The notes under the pieces are model-generated. The model saw nothing but the letters and a program-made list of their open reading frames with translations. It had not been told where the DNA came from and did no database searches. From assembly GCA_029262315.1 (NCBI GenBank), contig JAJCZP010000168.1, positions 10,825 through 74,824 of the forward strand: a DNA stretch of 64,000 nucleotides, given 5' to 3'. Position numbers and translations under genes: made by a program. This stretch comes from Deltaproteobacteria bacterium. Its GTDB lineage: Bacteria > Desulfobacterota > Binatia > UTPRO1. Of this stretch, positions 8,698 to 18,813 are shown one piece after another (position 1 is the first letter of the stretch; each line of letters starts with the position of its first letter).

Positions 8698-11124
8698 TCA
8701 CGGATTGCACTCTGCCGCGTACTCGATACCGACCGCCGACACGTCATCCCCCACGCTCGCATCGGCCATGCAGTCGGCCTTGAACTCGAGAACGCAGCTG
8801 ATGCAGTCGACGTACTCCTGCAGGGTATCGACGTCGGCGTTGGTGCAGTCGAGGCCACTCGGATGAACGCCGTTCGGCGGCACACTGACGCTCGGGCATA
8901 CGTACGGCAGGTCGACGATGTCGCCGAGCGTGATCGTCACGCCGCTCACGGGTTCACCAACGGCATCACACACGCCGTCCTTGTCGGCGTCGCCGCCCCC
9001 ACCGCACGTCTTGCAGATCTTGGCGATGCTCTTCTGCTCGGCCTTTTTGATCTTCTCGGTGGTCTTGCTGTCGCCGGGGGTGGCGGGTGGATTGCCCGAG
9101 CCGAGTGAGGGATCGGTCTCGGGACATGCGTCGGCATCGTCATATCCGGTCTTGCTCTTCAACTTGGCGTCCCAGCACTTGTTCAAGAGCTTGTGCTTGG
9201 TCACCAGGAACTTGCCGCCCTCTTTGGCGATGGTCTCCTGACACTTGTTGACCCGCTTCCCGGGATCGCCGCTGTTGGCCGGGAAGAAGCTCGCCGTGTT
9301 GAACTCGTCGTAGAGGAGATGGTCGACGGCCTGATCCACGGCCTTGTCGACGATACATTCGAGGCACGTTCCGATGCCGCCACAATCGGTGATGGCATTG
9401 TCGCATTCGGTCCCGGTGCCTGACTCGAGGTTCATGCAGCTGCCGATGCCCCAGCCGATCGCAGCGAGCGTCTCGTCACCGTCACCCGGGGCAACCTCAC
9501 AGATCCTGTTCGACCCCCCGCAGCGCTTGGCGATCCCGTCCTTCAGCTTGGTGACGGCACGGTCGATCTTGCTACCGGGGGTCTTCAGGGCCGCGACCGT
9601 GCAGTTGGCAAAGTCGGGCATGAGCGGCGGATCGCCGCGGGTCATCGACGCTTTCTTGCACTTGTCGATGTTCTTCTGCACCTGCTTCGCGTACTTGCCG
9701 ACTTCTTTGTTGATGGCGCGCGTACACTTGGCGGAGTCGCTGCTTGCGGGTGTGGCCACGCCATCAGCAATCCCCTCGATGGCCGCCACGAGGGCGTTGT
9801 ACGCGATCAACTGGCCGGCGTTCAGGTTGCCGACGGGAAGCAGATTCATGGTCTCGAACGGGAAGGCGTTCAGGTCGAAGAACTCTTCATACACCCCATT
9901 CCGCCAGATCAACTTGTACTGATCGTCGCGAACGGCACGCTGCTCGTCGGTATACGGACCGAAACCGTTCGGCTCGAAGCGCTCGGCGTAGGAATAGGGC
10001 CGAGCCGAGGAGGTCGTGAGCGTGGGATCTTCGAGATACGGCACGAAACTCAGCGAGTCTTCGGTCGCGGCTGCGACCCCTGCGATCTCGGCGATGGTCG
10101 CGAGCAGATCCACCGAGCTGACGAGCGCCTGGCTCTCGTCGCCTTCGTCGAGGGCATCGATCCGCGGGCCCGTCACGATCAACGGGACGTTGGTTCCACC
10201 TTCGTACAGCGACCCCTTGGCGTGCGGCCCGGTGAACGGGGATTCCGACGCGCCCGACGGCGTACCGTTGTCGCCGATGAAGATGACCGTGGTATCGGCC
10301 CGGATGGGAGCAGGAATACTCGCCAATACACGGCCGATCTCGGTGTCCATCGCTTCCACGGCGGCCTTGAACTTGGTGGGATTGTCGGAGCCGGCATTGA
10401 CCGCAATGGTCGTGAGACTCGGTGGCGGCACGTGGAACGGCGTATGGGCAGCGTTGAACGCCAGCCACACGAACCACGGATCCTCGCCATACTCGGCGAT
10501 CTTCGCGATCGCCTCGTCGGCGGCGTCGGTCGTAGCATAGGTGGTCACGCCGACCTGGGTGGAGCCCGTCGTGCTCGTCGAGTTGGTCGTCTTGTTCCAC
10601 GATTCGTAGTCGCCGATGCCACCGCCGAGCCCGCCGGCGTAGTAGTCGAAGCCGGTGTCGATCGGGTGGTCGACATCGCCGTTATCGCCGATGTGCCATT
10701 TCCCGATCGCGGCGGTGTGATGCGTCGCCGTAAGTAACTCCGGAATCGTCGTCTCGTCGAGATCGAGCACCGCCGACTCGGGCACGCCGATGCCGGTCCG
10801 GAATCCGTAGCGTCCGGTCAGGGCCTCGGCGCGTGTCGGCGCGCATACGGGGTTCGTCGATGCGTGGCGAAACAGGATGCCGTCGGCGGCCAGCTGATCG
10901 ATATTGGGCGTGGGACCCGGAGCCGCCCCTTCGCCGTAGACGTTGATCCCGTCCACGCCGACGTCATCGGCGATGATGATCAGGAAGTTGTCTCGCGCCT
11001 GCGCCCACGTGGGGAGGAGAACGGCGACGAGCAACGCGATTGCCCGGAGCGCGCTCGCACTCCGACGTACGCGGCCCGCGTTGGTGGCGTGGCCCGCGTG
11101 AGCAACTCTTCGGGTTCTCGACAT
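8698..11124 (-). CDS. secreted Cys-type sulfatase with a C-terminal Cys-rich repeat region
   Basis: Signal peptide; NFLIIIADD; CAPTRAEALTGR (CxPxR formylglycine motif); GKWH; GDNG; KGSLYEGG; ~350-aa Cys-rich tail. Confidence 0.9.
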   Translation of the reverse strand: MSRTRRVAHAGHATNAGRVRRSASALRAIALLVAVLLPTWAQARDNFLIIIADDVGVDGINVYGEGAAPGPTPNIDQLAADGILFRHASTNPVCAPTRAEALTGRYGFRTGIGVPESAVLDLDETTIPELLTATHHTAAIGKWHIGDNGDVDHPIDTGFDYYAGGLGGGIGDYESWNKTTNSTSTTGSTQVGVTTYATTDAADEAIAKIAEYGEDPWFVWLAFNAAHTPFHVPPPSLTTIAVNAGSDNPTKFKAAVEAMDTEIGRVLASIPAPIRADTTVIFIGDNGTPSGASESPFTGPHAKGSLYEGGTNVPLIVTGPRIDALDEGDESQALVSSVDLLATIAEIAGVAAATEDSLSFVPYLEDPTLTTSSARPYSYAERFEPNGFGPYTDEQRAVRDDQYKLIWRNGVYEEFFDLNAFPFETMNLLPVGNLNAGQLIAYNALVAAIEGIADGVATPASSDSAKCTRAINKEVGKYAKQVQKNIDKCKKASMTRGDPPLMPDFANCTVAALKTPGSKIDRAVTKLKDGIAKRCGGSNRICEVAPGDGDETLAAIGWGIGSCMNLESGTGTECDNAITDCGGIGTCLECIVDKAVDQAVDHLLYDEFNTASFFPANSGDPGKRVNKCQETIAKEGGKFLVTKHKLLNKCWDAKLKSKTGYDDADACPETDPSLGSGNPPATPGDSKTTEKIKKAEQKSIAKICKTCGGGGDADKDGVCDAVGEPVSGVTITLGDIVDLPYVCPSVSVPPNGVHPSGLDCTNADVDTLQEYVDCISCVLEFKADCMADASVGDDVSAVGIEYAAECNP

Positions 11125-11327
11125 GGCTTCACCCCCATCGTCGGATCAGTGCATCTGTTGAACCGCATTCAGGGTCACGGCGAGTCGGCACTCCCCCTAC
11201 GCGGCGTGCCAGCACTACAGCACTCGGGAACCCCTAGGGTCAACAGCGCACCAACGCTCATCTGGCCGGATTGCGATGTGCCCGCTTCGCAACCCGCACG
11301 GGCATCTGGCATCATCCGGCCGCGATC

Positions 11328-13652
11328 ATGCTTTATTTCCGTGTCAGCGAAGACCGCCCACGTACAGGGGAATCATCTTCGCGACGGCGGCAGTGGTCCC
11401 ATCCCGCCGTGCTCAGCGTCCTCGCAATGCTCCTGCTGGCTTGCGACGGCCCCACGGAGCCCACCGCACCCCCGGCGAACCCACCAACTCGGGCCGCGGC
11501 GACACCGGCCGCGCCCGCGGAGTACGTGACGAGCGAGGCGTGCGCTAGCTGCCATGCCGAAGCCTACGCGTCCTGGACAGGCTCGCACCACGACCTCGCC
11601 ATGCAACCCGCGACGGAGACGACTGTCGAGGGCGACTTCGACGACACCTCCTTCACGCACCGGGGAGTGACCTCGCGCTTCTTCCGCCGCAAGGAGCGTT
11701 TCGTCGTTCATACGCAGGGCGCCGACGGGGTCATGGCCGATTTCGAGGTCCTGTACACCTTCGGCGCGATGCCGCTCCAACAATACCTCGTTCGGCAACC
11801 GGACGGCCGGCTCCACGCGCTCACCACCGCCTGGGACGCGCGACCCGCGAGCGACGGCGGACAGCGCTGGTTCGAGCTGAACGATGGTGAGGTGCCACCG
11901 GGCGACGTGCTCCACTGGACAGGACCGGCTCAGAATTGGAACGCCACCTGCGCCGCATGCCATTCGACCGCCCTCCGGAAGGGTTTCGACATCGACGCCG
12001 GGACGTACGACACGACCTGGTCGGACGTGAACGTTGGGTGCGAGGCGTGTCACGGACCGGCCTCGCGACACGTCGCGTGGGCCGAGCGCGAACCAACAGA
12101 GAACACCGACGACGACACTCGCGGGCTGGTAGTCGATCTCGGCAACGACGGCGGGCGCTGGGTCATGAATCCCACGACAGGAATCGCCCGGCGCAGCACG
12201 CCACTCAGTACACGGACCGAGATCGACACCTGCGCCCCCTGCCATGCGCGACGCTCGATGCTACGTGAGGCGGATCCTGGCACTCCGTTTCTCGACGCCT
12301 ACCGTCCAGCATTGCTGGAGCCCGGGCTGTACCACGCCGACGGGCAGATCCGCGACGAGGTCTACGTGTGGGGCTCCTTCGTACAGAGTCGCATGTACCG
12401 TGCGGGCGTCACGTGCAGCGATTGCCATGAGCCACACACGCTGACCGTGCGCGGCGACACCGAACGCGTGTGCCACCAGTGTCACGATGTCGCGCGCTTC
12501 GGTACGACCGGGCATCACCACCATACGCCGGGAACACCAGGATCGGCTTGCGTCGACTGCCACATGCCTGCGCGCACGTACATGGGTGTCGACGAACGGC
12601 GCGATCACGGATTTCAGGTTCCGCGGCCGGATCTCAGCGCACGTCTCGATACCCCGAACGCCTGCAATGGATGCCACGCGGACCAACCCGCATCCTGGGC
12701 AGCGCGCGCGATCGCCGATTGGCCGGGCACGAAGCACGCGGGCACACCCCATTTTGCCGACGTGATGGTCACTGCCGCTCGCGGGGAGCCCGAGGCCATC
12801 CAAGGGCTGGCGGGCCTGAGCGCCGATCCGGACCTGGCCGGGATCGTGCGGGCGACGGCGTTGGCGCAGCTGCCCGGGGCGTTGACGCAGCTCCCCGGGG
12901 CCCCGGCCCCGCTCCTCGCCGCCGCCATCATGCGGGCGCGCGATGATACCGATCCACTGGTTCGCTTCGCCGCCGCGGGCGCCGCGGCTGGGCTCCCCCC
13001 CGCCGATCGCATCGCGCTGCTGACGCCTCTCCTTGCGGATCCCGTGGAGCTGGTTCGAAGCGAGGCCGGCCGCAACCTCGCGCCTGCGCCGCGAACCGCG
13101 CTCGACGCGGCGCAGGCCGAACGGCTCGACGCGGCCCTGCGCACGTACCGACGCCACCAACGGACGAACGCCGACCAGCCGAGCGCCCACGTCAATCTTG
13201 GCCTGCTCTACGCGGAGATGCAGCAACCCTCCCTGGCCGAGAGCGCCTACCGGCGCGCGATCGCGGTCGGGCCGTGGTTCATCCCGGCCTACGTCAACCT
13301 GGCCGATCTGTACCGCGCCACGGGACGGGACGAGAACAGCGAGGCGGTGCTGCTCGCCGCGCTCGAGCAGACACACGACGTCGCGGAGGTCCACCACGCA
13401 CTGGGCCTCCTCCGCGTGCGGCAACAGCGGCTCGATGCCGCCCTCCCTTCGCTCGAGACCGCTGCGACGCTCGCACCTGAGAATCCCCGCTTCGCCTACG
13501 TATACGGCGTGGCCCTGCACTCCTCCGGCCGGACCGAGCAGGCCCTCGACGTGCTGCGCGCGGCGCGCGCACGACATCCGCATCACACCGAGACGAGCCA
13601 GGCCCTCGCCACGTTCGGCCGCGAGCCCGGCGTCGACAGCGCCGACGACTAG
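11328..13652 (+). CDS. octaheme c-type cytochrome lipoprotein with HEAT and TPR repeats
   Basis: Eight CxxCH motifs (CASCH, CAACH, CEACH, CAPCH, CSDCH, CHQCH, CVDCH, CNGCH); lipobox LLAC; HEAT-like DPLVRFAAA; TPR-like AHVNLGLLY and AYVNLADLY. Start approximate. Confidence 0.9.
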   Translation: MLYFRVSEDRPRTGESSSRRRQWSHPAVLSVLAMLLLACDGPTEPTAPPANPPTRAAATPAAPAEYVTSEACASCHAEAYASWTGSHHDLAMQPATETTVEGDFDDTSFTHRGVTSRFFRRKERFVVHTQGADGVMADFEVLYTFGAMPLQQYLVRQPDGRLHALTTAWDARPASDGGQRWFELNDGEVPPGDVLHWTGPAQNWNATCAACHSTALRKGFDIDAGTYDTTWSDVNVGCEACHGPASRHVAWAEREPTENTDDDTRGLVVDLGNDGGRWVMNPTTGIARRSTPLSTRTEIDTCAPCHARRSMLREADPGTPFLDAYRPALLEPGLYHADGQIRDEVYVWGSFVQSRMYRAGVTCSDCHEPHTLTVRGDTERVCHQCHDVARFGTTGHHHHTPGTPGSACVDCHMPARTYMGVDERRDHGFQVPRPDLSARLDTPNACNGCHADQPASWAARAIADWPGTKHAGTPHFADVMVTAARGEPEAIQGLAGLSADPDLAGIVRATALAQLPGALTQLPGAPAPLLAAAIMRARDDTDPLVRFAAAGAAAGLPPADRIALLTPLLADPVELVRSEAGRNLAPAPRTALDAAQAERLDAALRTYRRHQRTNADQPSAHVNLGLLYAEMQQPSLAESAYRRAIAVGPWFIPAYVNLADLYRATGRDENSEAVLLAALEQTHDVAEVHHALGLLRVRQQRLDAALPSLETAATLAPENPRFAYVYGVALHSSGRTEQALDVLRAARARHPHHTETSQALATFGREPGVDSADD

Positions 13653-13695
13653 CAGAAGCCCGCACATCAGCTCGCTCATCGAGAGCTGACGCGAT

Positions 13696-13731
13696 CGGCA
13701 CCCGCCTCCCGCTGGCGGGTGCCGTGTTTTG
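13696..13731 (+). terminator. rho-independent terminator
   Basis: 11-bp stem CGGCACCCGCC/GGCGGGTGCCG followed by TGTTTT, 44 bp after the cytochrome stop. Confidence 0.65.
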
Positions 13732-13902
13732 CTCCCTCCGCATCCGGGGCCCCACCCGCACGGCGATAGCGCACCCCAGACCCGCACCCAAGCGCGCGCA
13801 CCGAAAGCCGAAACGCGCAGGCGCGCCCGCGCCCACCATGAGACTTCCCGTGCCTCGCGCCACTCGCCGTCGCGGGCGCGCGACTTGCTGTTTCCCTCTG
13901 TC

Positions 13903-15009
13903 GTGAGCAGACCGAACACGAATTCGACGCACTCCACGGGCCGTAGCGCCGAGCGCACTGCGCGTGCGACCACGCAACCAAGCGGCGCCGCCGTGGCGGG
14001 CGTCACGAAATCGTCGACCTCACCCTCGAAACGACAACGGCTTTCGAAGGCGGCGCTCGCCCTCCTCGTGGGCGTGCTGGCAATCGCATGGAGTCCGCGC
14101 GTCGAGGCGTTGATCGTTGGCGGCGGAGGCAGCCGCACAACGGACTGCCTCGCCGTCTTCAACGCGCCCGCGAATCGCCCCGCGCGCCGGCCACGCCACA
14201 TTCAGTGCACCGACGGCGACCCCTGCGATGCGGACGGCCTGGTCGATGGCCAGTGCAGCTTCCCGGTCGCGGCCTGCATCAACAGCACGCTGATCGATCG
14301 CTGCTCCCTGACCGGCATCGAGACCCTCACGGTCGAGCATGCCGAGGACAATGGCGACCCGGAGTTCGACCCCGACTTCCAGGCACTGCAGGCGCGCATC
14401 GACGCCGACCTGACTTTCCCGAGCCTCGCGACGAACCAGTGTGCGCTACCAGCCACGATCCAGGTACCCGTCCGCGGGCCCTTCCGGAAGAATCGCTGCA
14501 AGAAGGGGAAGAAGCGCCTGCGAATGCGCGCCGTCTCGACCCTGATCGACGACCGACGCGTCAAGGTCGATCGCGACGACCTCAAGCTCACGTGCCTGCC
14601 GGCACCGAGCGGCTGCAGTCCACGTCAATTCTTCTCGTCCACCTTCGATCGAGTGCAGCGCCAGATCTTCAATCAGACCTGCGCGGTCAGTGCCTGCCAC
14701 GACTCGGAAGCCGTCGCGGGCAGCCTGCTCCTCGAGACGGGCGCGTCGCATGCCAACCTGGTGGGCGCGATCCCAACGAACGCTCTCGCCGGGAATGCCG
14801 GCTGGCACCGCGTCGCGGTTCCCGCGCCGGGCACCGGCGATCTCACACGAAGCTACCTGCTGCACAAGATCACGGGGGACCTGCCCACAGGCTTCGGCTC
14901 ACGCATGCCTCTCGGCGGACGCAAGCTCGATCGCACGTTGGTGGACGTCATCACGCTTTGGATCGCCGCGGGTGCTCCGAACGACGGGTGGGTCCCCGGA
15001 ACAGACTAG
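13903..15009 (+). CDS. secreted Cys-rich protein with a C-terminal atypical cytochrome c domain (CX4CH)
   Basis: Signal-like KAALALLVGVLAIAW; CTDGDPCDADG..C module; IFNQTCAVSACH...SYLLHKI...RMP...ITLWIAAGA. Start uncertain; the track start at 13729 lies inside the terminator. Confidence 0.7.
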   Translation: MSRPNTNSTHSTGRSAERTARATTQPSGAAVAGVTKSSTSPSKRQRLSKAALALLVGVLAIAWSPRVEALIVGGGGSRTTDCLAVFNAPANRPARRPRHIQCTDGDPCDADGLVDGQCSFPVAACINSTLIDRCSLTGIETLTVEHAEDNGDPEFDPDFQALQARIDADLTFPSLATNQCALPATIQVPVRGPFRKNRCKKGKKRLRMRAVSTLIDDRRVKVDRDDLKLTCLPAPSGCSPRQFFSSTFDRVQRQIFNQTCAVSACHDSEAVAGSLLLETGASHANLVGAIPTNALAGNAGWHRVAVPAPGTGDLTRSYLLHKITGDLPTGFGSRMPLGGRKLDRTLVDVITLWIAAGAPNDGWVPGTD

Positions 15010-15034
15010 GGCTTTCAGGAGGAGGAGAGACGAC

Positions 15035-16546
15035 ATGGGAGATGCGAACACCCTATTGACCCCGGCGGAAACCCGCCATGTGCTGAAGCGAACCGGCTTC
15101 GGACTCTCGAAGCGCGATCGGCGTACCGCGGAGCGCAATCGCAAATCACGCGGCGCCTTCGTCGACAAGCTGTTGCGGGCGAAACCGAAGAGCCCGCGCT
15201 TCAAAGGCGACAGCTTCAGCAACGCGCAGGACGCCTGGCTCATCCATTTGTCCAAGACCAAGGCGGTACTTCCCGAAAAGCTGGTGCTCTTCTGGCACGA
15301 CCACTTCTCGACGGGCATCGACGTCGTCGCGCGCACCGGCCTCATGACGCAACAGAACGAGTTGCTGCACACCTTCGCGAAGGGAAACTTCAAGGAGTTC
15401 GTGCGGGCGATGAATCGCAACCCGGCGATGATGGAGTTTCTCGACACGGTGCGGAACCGCAAGGAGAACCCGAACGAGAACTATCCGCGCGAGCTCTGCG
15501 AGCTCTTCACGCTCGGCGTGAAGGACCTGCTCGGACAGCCGAACTACACCCAGGACGACATAGTCCAGATCGCACGTGCGTTCACGGGCTGGCGCTATTC
15601 GGCTCCCGAGCGACGGGATGAGCGCCTCTACGAGCGTTCCGAGCCCTTCTTCGAGGAGAGCCGCCACGACTTCGCGGCCAACTATCCCGAGCGCGGCCCA
15701 AAGACGATCTTCACCACCACCGGCGGCTTCGGCCCGGGCGGCGCCGCGTTCGACGCCGACGGCGAAGGCCCGAGCGAGATCGACACAGTCATCGACATCC
15801 TGTTCGCGCACCGCGACAGCGAGGGCATGAACACGATCGCCCGTCGCACGGCGTACCGGCTGCTCGAGTATTTCGCGCACCCGAACCCGGACTTGGCGGT
15901 GGTGGACGAGGTCGTTGCGACGTCGAACTTCGACACCACCTGGAACATCAAAACGCTGCTCCGGGCGATCCTCACCCACGATGCGTTCTATGTCACCGCC
16001 GCACCCGCACCGTTCAATGCCTCGACCATCAAATCCGTGAAGTGGCCGATCGATCTGGTGATCGGCACGATCCGCGCTCTCGGCATGAAGCTCAAAGTCG
16101 ACCGGGAACGCGGTCTGCGGATCGAGGGCGGCGGCCGGGCACGCCTCCGCTCCCATCTCGAAGAGATGGGGCAGGAGCTCATGAACCCGCCGAGTGTCTT
16201 CGGCTGGGACTGGGAAGTGGCGTGGCTGAGCAGTGCGACGCTTCTCGCCCGTTTCGTGTTCGCGCGCGATGTCGGCGCGGCTCGCGGGAGGGGCCGCAAT
16301 ACCTTCATTCCGAAGAAGGTCCTCAACCTGAGACTCACCGATCCAGACGCCATCGTCGATGCCGTGCTCGCCATCCTCGGCCTGTCGGACCAACTCAGCG
16401 CGGCAGAACACGCGGCACTGGTCGACTATCTCACCGATGGCGGCACGCTCACGTCACTCGACCTGAAGGACGAGGACACGCACGACGAGCGACTGCATGG
16501 ACTGTTCGCACTGGCGCTGCAGGCGCCGGCCTATCAGCTGCACTAG
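15035..16546 (+). CDS. DUF1800 family protein
   Basis: RHVLKRTGFG, EKLVLFWHDHF, PAMMEFLD, PNENYPRELCELFTLG, YTQDDI..ARAFTGW, PPSVFGW, terminal PAYQLH; strong GGAGGAG RBS. Confidence 0.9.
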   Translation: MGDANTLLTPAETRHVLKRTGFGLSKRDRRTAERNRKSRGAFVDKLLRAKPKSPRFKGDSFSNAQDAWLIHLSKTKAVLPEKLVLFWHDHFSTGIDVVARTGLMTQQNELLHTFAKGNFKEFVRAMNRNPAMMEFLDTVRNRKENPNENYPRELCELFTLGVKDLLGQPNYTQDDIVQIARAFTGWRYSAPERRDERLYERSEPFFEESRHDFAANYPERGPKTIFTTTGGFGPGGAAFDADGEGPSEIDTVIDILFAHRDSEGMNTIARRTAYRLLEYFAHPNPDLAVVDEVVATSNFDTTWNIKTLLRAILTHDAFYVTAAPAPFNASTIKSVKWPIDLVIGTIRALGMKLKVDRERGLRIEGGGRARLRSHLEEMGQELMNPPSVFGWDWEVAWLSSATLLARFVFARDVGAARGRGRNTFIPKKVLNLRLTDPDAIVDAVLAILGLSDQLSAAEHAALVDYLTDGGTLTSLDLKDEDTHDERLHGLFALALQAPAYQLH

Positions 16547-16567
16547 GACACGAGGGGGGAACGACTC

Positions 16568-17983
16568 ATGGCAATCACACGACGACAGTTTCTGAAGCGC
16601 TCGAGTGCGGCGGCGGCAGGTGGCTTCTTCGGGCCGACACTTCTTGGCAACGGCTGGATGCACCAGGCACTCGCCGACACGATCGGCGACCGATACTTCG
16701 TCCTGCTGTTCCTCGACGGTGGCAACGACGGCCTGAACACGGTCTCGCCGATCGACAACGGCGGCGGGCTCCTTCGCACGGCCTACGATGGATGGCGGAA
16801 TACCGGCGTCGGCGGCATCAATCTGTCGCCAGGCGAGCTGAGCCCGCAAGCGATCGCAGCCGATCCCGGCACGGGCGCCCAGCTCGGACTCCACCCGGGG
16901 CTGGCCGATCTGAAGACGCTCTACGATCTCGGCAAAGTGGCGGTCATCCAGGGGTGCGGCTACCCCGATTTCAGCCTCTCGCATGACGACTCACGACGCG
17001 CCTGGCGCACGGGGTCACCGGGTGGCACCTCGTCGACGGGATGGATGGGCCGGTATTTGGCCGCGAACTACGTCGGCACGGACATCCCCGCGGCCGGCAT
17101 CTCGAACGGAGTACCGGGCGAGTTCGTGCAGAGCGCCACCAGCGTGCTCACCGTGCGCCGGGTGCGCGACTTCCGCTTCCCGTACGACAACAGCTTCCGT
17201 TCGGACATTGATCTGAAACGGACGATATTCAACGATCTGCACGAGTCCGCTCGAGCCGGGGGGCAGCCGAGCGTACTCACGCACATCGGCAACGCCGGCA
17301 CGGCGACGCTGCTCAGCACTGAAGCCTACCCGGCACTCCACGACACGTATCAGCTGGAGCGGCCGACCTGGGATCAAGCGTACAGCGACAACAGCAGCAG
17401 CACGTCGAACGACCTCCGTGAAGTCGCCAAGATCATCTACGGCGTCGAGAGCGGGGTTCCGAACGTCAATGCGCGCTTCTTTCAGGTACGCAACGGCGGC
17501 TACGACACCCATTCGGACCAGGGCGGCGCCAACCCGGATGGCAGCCACTTCAACCTGCACAATGAAGTCGGCAGCGCGCTGAAGCTCTTCTACGACGACC
17601 TGGCCGACATGGGCGCGATCGACAAGGTATGCGTCATGGTCTTCAGCGAGTTCAGTCGTCGGATCCCGCAGAACGACAACGGGACGGACCATGGATCGCA
17701 GGGCCCGATGTTCGTCATCGGCGGCAACGTGGTCGGCGGCACCTATGGCAACCATCCCAACATCGAGGAGAGCGCGCTCGATCGATCGGGGAATACCGTC
17801 TACTCACAGGATGGGGTGGACTCGTTCCGCTCGACTGACTTCCGCGACGTGTACGGCACGGCGCTCAAGCACTGGTTGAACATGCCACACGGGCAGATCC
17901 TCACCGATGTGCTCCCGCTCGATAGCGGCGATCCGGCCGAGTGGTGGACGACCGAGAACTTCGACATGGGCTTCCTACCCTAG
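16568..17983 (+). CDS. DUF1501 family protein, Tat-exported
   Basis: Tat motif TRRQFLK; LDGGNDGLNT, GLHP, SH, GGYDTH, FSEFSRR..N..GTDHG, DFRDVY. Confidence 0.9.
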   Translation: MAITRRQFLKRSSAAAAGGFFGPTLLGNGWMHQALADTIGDRYFVLLFLDGGNDGLNTVSPIDNGGGLLRTAYDGWRNTGVGGINLSPGELSPQAIAADPGTGAQLGLHPGLADLKTLYDLGKVAVIQGCGYPDFSLSHDDSRRAWRTGSPGGTSSTGWMGRYLAANYVGTDIPAAGISNGVPGEFVQSATSVLTVRRVRDFRFPYDNSFRSDIDLKRTIFNDLHESARAGGQPSVLTHIGNAGTATLLSTEAYPALHDTYQLERPTWDQAYSDNSSSTSNDLREVAKIIYGVESGVPNVNARFFQVRNGGYDTHSDQGGANPDGSHFNLHNEVGSALKLFYDDLADMGAIDKVCVMVFSEFSRRIPQNDNGTDHGSQGPMFVIGGNVVGGTYGNHPNIEESALDRSGNTVYSQDGVDSFRSTDFRDVYGTALKHWLNMPHGQILTDVLPLDSGDPAEWWTTENFDMGFLP

Positions 17984-17997
17984 GGAGCCAAGCTGAC

Positions 17998-18032
17998 GGG
18001 CCCGTCCGGACGCATCGTGTTCGGACGGGCCC
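17998..18032. terminator. hairpin between convergent genes
   Basis: GGGCCCGTCCGGAC-N7-GTTCGGACGGGCCC between the DUF1501 and sigma factor stops. Confidence 0.55.
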
Positions 18033-18055
18033 TGCCCGCTCGGACGGAACGCGAG

Positions 18056-18799
18056 CTACTCAGCGACGGCGAGGCCGGGCCGCAACAACGACCGCAGGCG
18101 ATCGATCGCTTGCGAGTGCAACTGCGAGACGCGTGACTCGCTGATGCCGATCTCATCCGCGACTTCGCGCATCGTCAGATCGCGGCGGTAGTACGCGTCG
18201 AGCGCGGTGAACTCTTTCGCGGGAAGCCGGCGCAGCCCTTCAGCCACCAGACACGCGCGTTCGTATCCGAGGACAGCCTGCAGCGGATCGCTATCGCGAT
18301 CCGGCATATGCTGGTCGATCTCGGTCCGCCCGTGCTCCGCGGGACTGAGATCTTCGAAGGAGATCGTCCCGAACTCGGTCTGCCGCGCCATCTTTCTGAG
18401 GGTGTCGACGTCAATACGCAACGCGCGTGCGATCTCGTCCTCGCGCGGAGCACGAGCAAGCACTCCCTCGAGTTGTGCGCGCGTCCGCTCGATCAAGACC
18501 GCCTTCTTGCGTGCGGTCCGCGAGAGCCAATCCTGCTCTCGGAGGTTGTCGAGAATCATGCCGCGCACGCGAAAACGCGCGTACGTACGAAATGAAGCGT
18601 GTTTGTCGGGCCGGTAGCGTTGGTAGGCGTCCAGCAGCCCTTCCATCCCCCAGCTGACCAACTCGTCGAACTCGACGCGCGGAGGCTGTCGACACGCGAT
18701 GGTATGCGCCACGTCCCGGACGAGAGGGAGGTGGCGACGCACGACTGCTTCGCAGCTCGAACCGGATGGCTCGTATGCGATTCTCGCTGGGGCTCCCAC
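18056..18799 (-). CDS. fliA: FliA/WhiG-family RNA polymerase sigma factor (sigma-28-like)
   Basis: HLPLVRDVA, FRTYARFRVRGMILDNLREQDWLSRTAR, LTMREVADEIGISESRVSQLHSQAI. Start uncertain (18799 or upstream). Confidence 0.85.
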   Translation of the reverse strand: MGAPARIAYEPSGSSCEAVVRRHLPLVRDVAHTIACRQPPRVEFDELVSWGMEGLLDAYQRYRPDKHASFRTYARFRVRGMILDNLREQDWLSRTARKKAVLIERTRAQLEGVLARAPREDEIARALRIDVDTLRKMARQTEFGTISFEDLSPAEHGRTEIDQHMPDRDSDPLQAVLGYERACLVAEGLRRLPAKEFTALDAYYRRDLTMREVADEIGISESRVSQLHSQAIDRLRSLLRPGLAVAE

Positions 18800-18813
18800 G
18801 ACGGACCTGAGAC

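Noticed and set aside
12261-14201. 646-aa minus-strand ORF
   Set aside because: High-GC antisense shadow of the octaheme cytochrome gene.
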